IMG/VR virus record: IMGVR_UViG_3300028920_000001
Location: 62,001 to 126,000 of that record
Length of the DNA stretch: 64,000 nt
Direction: 5' to 3' (one strand)
Part shown: positions 56,419-62,949 of the stretch, in pieces
Numbering within the stretch: the stretch's first letter is position 1
How the letters are laid out: every line of letters begins with the position of its first letter
Program-made: the position numbers and the translations under genes
Notes under the pieces: model-generated
Database searches by the model: none
What the model was told of the DNA's origin: nothing
The model's input: only the letters and a program-made list of their open reading frames with translations

Positions 56419-56668
56419 ACGACTCGTTCCAATTGGTTTAGCCAACCGGGCCCTGGAACAAGTCGAATCGAAGAATTTTAAACAATCCGATAAGCACAAG
56501 CTCGGATCACAAGGACTGTTATAGACTGTGCCTTTCCATAACACCTCATCAAAATTCTTCAGAGCGACAGGAGGGTAACGCTCCCTCACATCTTAATAGA
56601 CTCGTCACTTTCCGAATCAGTCGCTAGACAACTACCGGTTTCCCGATTCAGAGTCGGGTCCGGCTCGT
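56419..56668 (-). ncRNA. unassigned approximately 250-nt structured RNA between two tRNA-Gly genes
   Basis: stems CCCGA/UCGGG, GCGAC/GUCGC, GAGGG/CCCUC, GAAGAAUUUU/AAAAUUCUUC, AUCCGA/UCGGAU, GUUCCA/UGGAAC. Confidence 0.55.
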
Positions 56669-56744
56669 TAGAGCAGGATACGAGATTCGAACTCGTGATT
56701 TTCTGGTTGGAAGCCAGACGCCTTACCAACTTGGCTAATCCTGC
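56669..56744 (-). tRNA. tRNA-Gly(UCC)
   Basis: UCUGG-CUUCCAA-CCAGA. Confidence 0.9.
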
Positions 56745-56801
56745 AAATGACCCGAAGGTCAAGTCAACTCAGATTTCCCATCCTAAGGGCGGGCCTGATG
56801 T

Positions 56802-56875
56802 TGGAGCCAGCCTAGAGAATCGAACTCTAATCGCACCCGTACCAGGGGTGTGCTCTACCATTGAGCTAGGCTGGC
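56802..56875 (-). tRNA. tRNA-Thr(GGU)
   Basis: CACCC-CUGGUAC-GGGUG, CCA encoded. Confidence 0.9.
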
Positions 56876-56877
56876 AA

Positions 56878-56942
56878 ACGGGCAAAAAATTGACGGAAGG
56901 CAGTTTCGTTTACAAGGCGATAACCTTCAATCTCCGGCCCGT
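56878..56942 (-). ncRNA. Y-RNA-like RNA (65 nt)
   Basis: ACGGGCCGGAGAUUGAAGGUUAUCGCC...CCUUCCGUCAAUUUUUUGCCCGU; 2 nt upstream of tRNA-Thr. Confidence 0.75.
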
Positions 56943-56965
56943 AAATCTTTTTGTAGAGTCAAAAC

Positions 56966-57373
56966 ATGGTTGACGATGAACTTGATCAATTATGGGAACA
57001 AATTCCTTGGTCTCCAGGATCATCGCATATTTGTGATGATTCTAAAGAATGCAATGATTTAATAGAGGAACAACTTAAATTCTTAGAGGAGGATCCATTT
57101 AAAGATCCATCAAATCCTCATAATGACATTGTTACGTCGGAAGCAAGAGTCTACAAGTCATTAGGGAGGCATAAAATTGAAAATGAACAAAATCATGAAG
57201 GTTCGTTTCGTGTATTATACCCAAAAAAACGAACTATATTAGTAGATCTATATGGCTTAGCTTATGAACAAGGTCGTTTTAGTACTCACTTAATAACATT
57301 GAGAAAGCAAGATGCAGAGCAACAGGTAGAAACTCGCAAGAAAGCTATTATACTTAGTGTGATGGAGTCATAA
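56966..57373 (+). CDS. hypothetical protein with C-terminal VMES tag
   Basis: ends IILSVMES*. Confidence 0.7.
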   Translation: MVDDELDQLWEQIPWSPGSSHICDDSKECNDLIEEQLKFLEEDPFKDPSNPHNDIVTSEARVYKSLGRHKIENEQNHEGSFRVLYPKKRTILVDLYGLAYEQGRFSTHLITLRKQDAEQQVETRKKAIILSVMES

Positions 57374-57580
57374 ATGGCCGTTTATCCTTATCATTGCACT
57401 AATAAAAAATGCGGCCATGAATGGGAAGCTGAACACGGGATGAACGAAGACCCACTTAAGAAATGCCCTAAGTGTAAAAAGAAAACAGCTAAAAGAGACA
57501 TTGCTGGATCAAATTTTGTTCTTAAAGGTCCTGGTTGGGCTGATGATGGTTACAGCCAAAAATTTAACCCTGAGACTTAG
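57374..57580 (+). CDS. FmdB-family zinc-ribbon protein
   Basis: MAVYPYHC..KCGHEWE...M.EDPL..CPKC...FVLKG.GW. Confidence 0.85.
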   Translation: MAVYPYHCTNKKCGHEWEAEHGMNEDPLKKCPKCKKKTAKRDIAGSNFVLKGPGWADDGYSQKFNPET

Positions 57581-57809
57581 TAGCTTCTAATTCTTTTTCC
57601 ATTTCTTCTAAAGCATCATAATATCGAGGATCTTCAACTAAATGGTCTCTTACAATCTCTAAGGCAATATTGGCATCATCAGTATGCTCTAATTCAACTA
57701 AAATCCCTTTACCTAAAGCACAGGGATCAAATTGATTAATATCGCATTCATCAGCTTTCCCACCCGGAAGTTGATCAGTGATCCTTAAAGCTAACTTAGA
57801 TAAATCCAT
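57564..57809 (-). CDS. DUF5661-like phage protein with type-A N-terminal leader
   Basis: LPGGKAD...FDP.AL.KGI.VELEHT.D..IA.EI..DHL.EDP.YY..L. Confidence 0.7.
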   Translation of the reverse strand: MDLSKLALRITDQLPGGKADECDINQFDPCALGKGILVELEHTDDANIALEIVRDHLVEDPRYYDALEEMEKELEATKSQG

Positions 57810-57832
57810 ATTTTAAATTCAAATTAAAACTA

Positions 57833-57906
57833 TAGTGGACCAGCAGGGAATCGAACCCTGATGCGACTGCTTGCAGAGCAGTGCCCTGAACCCATCAGAC
57901 CAGCCC
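57833..57906 (-). tRNA. tRNA-Ala(UGC)
   Basis: G3:U70, loop UC-UGC-AA. Confidence 0.85.
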
Positions 57907-57991
57907 TTGGGTGAGATGCTCGCGCGCAGCTTTTTGTAGGCCCCGACAAGATCTGTCGTTTCTCACCTTGCCTTCGGAGTCTCGAGCCTCC

Positions 57992-58064
57992 TAGTGGACC
58001 TGCAGAGAGTTGAACTCTGATGCAACTGTGTGCGACACAGTACCCCGACCCGCCGGACAAGCCC
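57992..58064 (-). tRNA. tRNA-Ala(CGC)
   Basis: G3:U70, ACUGU-GUCGCAC-ACAGU. Confidence 0.8.
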
Positions 58065-58065
58065 T

Positions 58066-58142
58066 TAGTGGAACCGGAGGGATTCAAACCCTCGACCTCT
58101 TGTCTGCCAGACAAGCGCTCTCTCGGACTGAGCTACGATCCC
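58066..58142 (-). tRNA. tRNA-Ala(GGC)
   Basis: G3:U70, CUUGU-CUGGCAG-ACAAG. Confidence 0.88.
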
Positions 58143-58143
58143 G

Positions 58144-58217
58144 TAGCGGGCTGTCATGGGATCGAACCATGAGCAGTGGACTTGGAAACCACTATGTTGC
58201 CATTACACCAACAGCCC
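58144..58217 (-). tRNA. tRNA-Trp(CCA)
   Basis: GUGGU-UUCCAAG-UCCAC, G73. Confidence 0.88.
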
Positions 58218-58936
58218 TAAGCCGCTTTCTTAAAGAATTTTCTGGAATTCTTTAATTTCTCTTTGTCTGTTTCATCCCAAATCTTTTTCTTACGCTTCAT
58301 GAAAATGGTTGCGTCTTTGTACATCCATTCACAGAGAAGCATTGAATCGTACTGATTAAATATCAACTTCTGAGCTTTTCCATTAGCAATCTTTTTGTTT
58401 CCCACAGGAATAAACTCACGGAGCTTCTGTTTAAAATCTTCTAAGAAATTTCCGGTGTCATTCCCGGCAGTGAAAGAAGTTCCTAAAGCAGAAATACGTC
58501 TCCCGTGTCGATTATTGTAATGCTTGTAATATATAGACCCATCCCCATCGAAATAGCCACGTACAAAATGATGAAAATACTTGTTAGGAATTTTGGGATA
58601 AGAGTATTTAAATGACTTCTTTCTAGTACCTCCAAAACTTATTAATTTATTGACCATATGATTACTTCCAAATCTAACAAATCCATACGACGATCCCCTA
58701 CCATAGGATTTTGGGTTAGAACTAATGATTTGAATCTTTTTCTTTAGTTTCATTAAATCAATTATCATTTCAAGATGATCAACATCTTTCCCAGAAAAAC
58801 TTATTCTAGCATGAGACCTCTTCCCATTCTTACGATGTCTGATGTATATACTTCCATCAGCCCACCAGAATCCAAACACGTAGGCTGAAGCTTCATTCCA
58901 TTGATCAAAGAATTTTTCGTTAACTCTCCAATTCAC
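58217..58936 (-). mobile_element. LAGLIDADG homing endonuclease, free-standing, abutting tRNA-Trp
   Basis: AYVFGFWWADGSI, HFVRGYFDGDGSI. Confidence 0.88.
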
Positions 58937-59172
58937 AATTTACTTTATCATCGTTATTCTAATAGTAATTTTCAAAGAAATCGCCCTCAGCCTCAGACCC
59001 ATGCAAGTCAATAATTGACTTGTGTATTCTTATTTATGAACTCTCGGTTATTCCGATATTTACTAAAGTATCGTTGGTTCCGGTTTTTGGTAGATTACGG
59101 ATTTAATGTAAAAATTGGCTGCCCTAATTGTGGAAAAGGGAGTCTTGAATCAAATCCTGGTCGTACTCACCA

Positions 59173-59448
59173 TTGTGGAGCTTGTGGATATCTAAGGTAA
59201 TTTATTTTATGTGGGTGATCCAATGTGTTAGATCCAAAATGTTTGCTTCTAAACTCAGTGGAGTTTTACCTACCTTAAGTCAAATTGATGATGCTTTATT
59301 TTTTGAAACTCGAATTGCAGCTGATGTTAAATTAACTGGTTATTTCAATGATTGGCTAACTCGCTATCCAAGTCATAATTTGAAGGATTTTACCTATACA
59401 GTAGTGCGTGCAGAAGATTTTATAGTGAGCAATGTTATGGAGTCATGA
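59173..59448 (+). CDS. hypothetical protein with C-terminal VMES tag
   Basis: ends IVSNVMES*; start probably MWVIQ. Confidence 0.65.
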   Translation: MWSLWISKVIYFMWVIQCVRSKMFASKLSGVLPTLSQIDDALFFETRIAADVKLTGYFNDWLTRYPSHNLKDFTYTVVRAEDFIVSNVMES

Positions 59449-59459
59449 CTCCATAACAT
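59432..59459. repeat. perfect 28-bp palindrome at the junction of two convergent VMES-tagged genes
   Basis: ATGTTATGGAGTCA|TGACTCCATAACAT. Confidence 0.95.
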
Positions 59460-59718
59460 CTGAAATAATTTCATTTTCCAATTGATCTATTTGCTCAATT
59501 AGCGCTTTACCTTTACGTTCTATTCTTTTATCAATCGGGCTAAAAAGCATTGCTAAAAAGGCCAGATGTACCCAAACGTCTGCAGGTTTATCCATAAATA
59601 AATAGTCATACATTCCAAGAGTTGCCATGGTGAGAAAAGTAGCACAACACCCGAAATTTAAGAAACGAATAGCAACTAAAATCCAAAATAATATATTAGC
59701 TCGGCGCAAAGACTTCAT
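59443..59718 (-). CDS. 2-TM protein with C-terminal VMES tag
   Basis: ends IISDVMES*. Confidence 0.7.
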   Translation of the reverse strand: MKSLRRANILFWILVAIRFLNFGCCATFLTMATLGMYDYLFMDKPADVWVHLAFLAMLFSPIDKRIERKGKALIEQIDQLENEIISDVMES

Positions 59719-59930
59719 GATCTCATGACTTTGCCGGTAATAATTTCAAACGCTTTCTCACCAACTTCCTCCAAACACTGGGGACAAAATCTTACTTCAA
59801 TAGTGCTTAAACCGTGTCGCATTCGTTCAGCACTTTTAACAACAAATATGTAGGTGGACGATTCATCCAGACAAAAATTACAAAATCCAGCGTCCCTCTG
59901 ACTTACTTTTACAATAGATATATTTTTCAT
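59715..59930 (-). CDS. zinc-binding small protein with VMRS tag
   Basis: CNFC..CPQC; ends ITGKVMRS*. Confidence 0.7.
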   Translation of the reverse strand: MKNISIVKVSQRDAGFCNFCLDESSTYIFVVKSAERMRHGLSTIEVRFCPQCLEEVGEKAFEIITGKVMRS

Positions 59931-60310
59931 GATTCCATGATTTCCTTAACTGTCAAGAAATACCGCGATTCCCTACGGATTTTCATTATCAATCTCAGAA
60001 ATTCCCACAATTCAACTTCTTTCACAAAATTAACTTGTGAATGAGTCGTATAAATGTTCATAGTAGTAATATCAACTGGAAGAAGTGGTCTCTTCACAAT
60101 CACTACAGCTAAAGTTCCATCAGCTAGTTTATGAACCAAAATTGGCCCGACTCTTTTTCTAAAAGCGTAATTATGTAAATAAACTAAGCCACTACTATCA
60201 ATTAATATATCTGCATAATGACAAAAACAACATTCTCCATTTTGGAGAGTGCTAACTTGCTTATCATATTCAAATAAGATACTAGTAGTGTAACCCTCAG
60301 GTTGGCCCAT
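59927..60310 (-). CDS. hypothetical protein with C-terminal IMES tag
   Basis: ends TVKEIMES*. Confidence 0.7.
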   Translation of the reverse strand: MGQPEGYTTSILFEYDKQVSTLQNGECCFCHYADILIDSSGLVYLHNYAFRKRVGPILVHKLADGTLAVVIVKRPLLPVDITTMNIYTTHSQVNFVKEVELWEFLRLIMKIRRESRYFLTVKEIMES

Positions 60311-60353
60311 AAATGTATTTTACAATGTGCCTAGTTGATAAAATTATGTTTAT

Positions 60354-60929
60354 TTAGGATTCATCACTATGTTCTCCAGTTAGTTTATCAACCCCAAGTT
60401 CCACACCAGTTCTTTGTTCCCAATTTGAGTACCATTCACATCTTCGAGATGAAGTAGGAACTGCAGACATCAGTCTACTAATTTCTCCGTCCCGATCTTC
60501 AAAAAATCCCCATCCCAACCAACTCAGCCAATGACAGAATGGATGAGCTGCATCCCAGTGCACTTTATTAACAATAAGTGCGTATCCTTCTTTGTCTTTC
60601 CAAATTCCAAACCATGGATTCCAATCCTTACCTCCATAATAAAGAACAAGATCCCGAAGAATCATGAGTTCAAATTTTGCATTTTTGAGTTTAGGAACAA
60701 TAGCAAGTTTCAAGACTCCAGAACCACGTTTAAATTCTGGTAGAACTGGCTTTACAGGTTCCGGTACCTGAACAATTCTAGTCGGAATAGGAATTAATTC
60801 AAAAGGAACTGGTTGAATATCAGCTGTAGGAGCAGGTGTTGTAATAGGCTCGAGTAATTTCATAGGCTCCTGTGGAAGTGCATCATTACACCCTAAACTA
60901 ATTAATACTAAACTGATGAAATATCTCAA
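60354..60929 (-). CDS. exported/lipoprotein-like hypothetical protein
   Basis: MRYFISLVLISLGC signal, Pro-rich linker. Confidence 0.6.
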   Translation of the reverse strand: MRYFISLVLISLGCNDALPQEPMKLLEPITTPAPTADIQPVPFELIPIPTRIVQVPEPVKPVLPEFKRGSGVLKLAIVPKLKNAKFELMILRDLVLYYGGKDWNPWFGIWKDKEGYALIVNKVHWDAAHPFCHWLSWLGWGFFEDRDGEISRLMSAVPTSSRRCEWYSNWEQRTGVELGVDKLTGEHSDES

Positions 60930-61135
60930 CGAATTACCTTTAGGTTACCATGCTTAACTTGAATTTCTGGGTCACAGATGCTTAAGGCACAAGCAGGCAT
61001 GGCAACCATGAATTCTAAATCACCATGCTTAACCCTTACCCCATTCACCGCTCTAGTGAGTTTTATTCCATATTTATCATCTTTGTTCCAAATAAAGAAA
61101 GTCTGTCCTTGTCTGTCAAGTTGTTTGATCTTCAT
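60926..61135 (-). CDS. hypothetical protein
   Basis: TGTAAATT 5 nt upstream of ATG. Confidence 0.55.
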   Translation of the reverse strand: MKIKQLDRQGQTFFIWNKDDKYGIKLTRAVNGVRVKHGDLEFMVAMPACALSICDPEIQVKHGNLKVIR

Positions 61136-61166
61136 AAGTCAATTTACATTTGCGCCCTAATTTGCA

Positions 61167-61238
61167 GTAGGAGAGCGGGTATCGAACCCGCAATGTTTGA
61201 TTCGAGGTCAGATGTTTATCCATTAAACGATAACCTAC
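61167..61238 (-). tRNA. tRNA-Arg(UCG)-like, imperfect acceptor; 5' strand overlaps the Y motif GGUUAUCG
   Basis: D-arm GUUU/AAAC, loop CC-UCG-AA, T-arm GCGGG/CCCGC; preceded by GGGCCGGACGCGUG (61251-61238). Confidence 0.65.
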
Positions 61239-61254
61239 ACGCGTCCGGCCCATA

Positions 61255-61354
61255 TAGTCCGGGAGATAAGATTTGAACTTACGATAACCATCCTTCAACG
61301 GCCCGTACACGGGCAAAGAACGATGGACGGATGGCCGCCATGGCCAACTCCCGG
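61255..61354 (-). ncRNA. tRNA-scaffold / Y-module chimera 3 (100 nt, no anticodon stem)
   Basis: acceptor CCGGGAG/CUCCCGG, D-arm GGCC/GGCC, T-arm GUAAG-UUCAAAU-CUUAU; insert UUCUUUGCCCGU-GU-ACGGGCCGUUGAAGGAUGGUUAUC. Confidence 0.75.
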
Positions 61355-61365
61355 GTAGCCGATCA

Positions 61366-61791
61366 TTGATCGGTGTAATCTTTTTCGTGAGTAATAAAGT
61401 AGTTAAAATAAATAAAAGTGGAGTAACAGGAACTATTACTCATTTAGATGCAGTCATGAAAGAGCTTGCTAATTTTTTACAAAATAGCGAATTTGCTTTT
61501 GTTAATTATATAGATTTGGCATTCATCAATGATTTGATAGTAAAAGCTCCTAACATTAATGCCACTATTTCTGAGTCCCTTTATACCCCAAGAAATATTA
61601 CCATTTTTGGGGTTAGGCTCGAGCGTTATAGTTTTATTCCACAAGGTTGGGTTTTCGCAGCTGATACCAAACCTAATTGTTTATCTGATTTACTGTCAAT
61701 GGACTGCAAAAAGATTCCATATGAAGATGACGATCCTTGGATTTTGGAAACTGAAGACCTGGTTCGTGTTTTCATTATTATGAATATGTAG
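61366..61791 (+). CDS. hypothetical protein with variant tag (IMNM)
   Basis: ends VFIIMNM*. Confidence 0.6.
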   Translation: MIGVIFFVSNKVVKINKSGVTGTITHLDAVMKELANFLQNSEFAFVNYIDLAFINDLIVKAPNINATISESLYTPRNITIFGVRLERYSFIPQGWVFAADTKPNCLSDLLSMDCKKIPYEDDDPWILETEDLVRVFIIMNM

Positions 61792-61863
61792 TACCCCCGG
61801 AAGGAATCGAACCTTCATCTCATGATTAGGAATCATGTGCTTGATCCATTAAGCTACGAGGGC
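61789..61863 (-). tRNA. tRNA-Arg(CCU)
   Basis: CAUGA-UUCCUAA-UCAUG. Confidence 0.9.
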
Positions 61864-62304
61864 TTAAATGTGCATCACTTCTTCACATTGAAGCATCTGT
61901 TTAAGATAAGTCTTATTCTTTATTCCCTTGAATAGCCAAAATGGTAAAAATCCCGGCCAAGATCCGGTTTTACGAAGAATATCAGGTAAAGGACCGGATT
62001 CCACAAATAGGTGAGCATATTTTGTCCAACACAATCCAATTGAAATTGTATATGGATCTAATCGACAGTATGAAATAAATAAACAACCATTTTTCTTATT
62101 TAACTTCAAAAGAGCTCTGGCTACGTTCAAAATTAAGCTTGATTCTTCCCATGGCGTCATAAGTGATCGAAATCGTTTTCCATTTGGAGCAATGGTTACG
62201 TCAATCCATTTATTTTCATCCCAACTAAAACCAATAATTGATTTTCCCTCTTCCCAATCATAAATGGCAGACCCAGGCCCAATACAATCAGTCCACAGCT
62301 TCAT
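61864..62304 (-). CDS. hypothetical protein with variant tag (VMHI)
   Basis: ends QCEEVMHI*. Confidence 0.65.
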   Translation of the reverse strand: MKLWTDCIGPGSAIYDWEEGKSIIGFSWDENKWIDVTIAPNGKRFRSLMTPWEESSLILNVARALLKLNKKNGCLFISYCRLDPYTISIGLCWTKYAHLFVESGPLPDILRKTGSWPGFLPFWLFKGIKNKTYLKQMLQCEEVMHI

Positions 62305-62815
62305 CTAAAATTCTCCGAGCCCAACGCTGCATCCATTCAGGATAGAGATTCTCATCACCTTTCTCAAGGGGCATTATACCATCTTTACAATACGGACAAT
62401 CAATGTACTTAGGCGTTCCTTTAGGGGGAGCTAAATGTTTGCATTGATCAACAGCTTTTTGCAGAGCTTTATCAAGTTTAGCTCTGTCTTCTAAGTCAAC
62501 TATTGGCTCTTCCCAAAATTTAGTAGCATCAGGATTGACAATTTTGGCTGAGACTCTAACACAACCATCAATCTTGTCTTTCACACCTAGTTCTACTTGA
62601 AATTGTTCTTCTAATCTAAAAACTTCATCCAACCATGGCTTCCATGCAGGATTGAGAGGCTGAGCCGGAATTTTGTACATATCACCTTCAGGCTTAACAC
62701 TAAATCTGTGATCAACAGGAGCCTCACCTGGTTCCACTTGCGGGCTAAAATTACAATGAGGACATGGTTTTTCAAAAACAAATCGGGCTTCTCTAATAAC
62801 TTGATCCATAATCAA
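62288..62815 (-). CDS. hypothetical zinc-binding protein
   Basis: CPHC...CPYC. Confidence 0.65.
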   Translation of the reverse strand: MIMDQVIREARFVFEKPCPHCNFSPQVEPGEAPVDHRFSVKPEGDMYKIPAQPLNPAWKPWLDEVFRLEEQFQVELGVKDKIDGCVRVSAKIVNPDATKFWEEPIVDLEDRAKLDKALQKAVDQCKHLAPPKGTPKYIDCPYCKDGIMPLEKGDENLYPEWMQRWARRILDEAVD

Positions 62816-62841
62816 ATCTACACTTAAATTTGTTAAAAATC

Positions 62842-62917
62842 TGGGGTGACCGACGAGAATCGAACTCGCTTACCCTGAGTCACAGTCAGGTACATTTACC
62901 AATATGATACGGTCACC
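62842..62917 (-). tRNA. tRNA-His(GUG)
   Basis: encoded G-1, C73, CCUGA-CUGUGAC-UCAGG, CCA. Confidence 0.92.
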
Positions 62918-62949
62918 ATAAATTTGCCTGAATTTGACTAAATTGTTGG

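Noticed and set aside
56419-56668. Group I intron
   Set aside because: Only a P7-like GACUG/CAGUC pairing was seen; there are no interrupted exons and no identifiable P4-P6 core. Kept as an unassigned RNA.
33968-61316. ORF-track entries made of tRNA/ncRNA sequence (33968, 47001, 47104, 47138, 56386, 56695, 57830, 58010, 61025, 61116, 14074)
   Set aside because: They translate tRNA, tmRNA or Y-RNA arms (for example GSNPA, GFEP-type peptides) and are best explained by the RNA genes.
765-62304. IMES tag as merely an artefact of translational coupling (SD plus ATGA overlap) or of a DNA palindrome
   Set aside because: The tag also ends genes with TAA/TAG stops, genes followed by tRNAs and convergent genes. 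Ser is encoded by both TCN and AGY, which breaks both the overlap and the palindrome. Coupling may contribute but cannot explain it.
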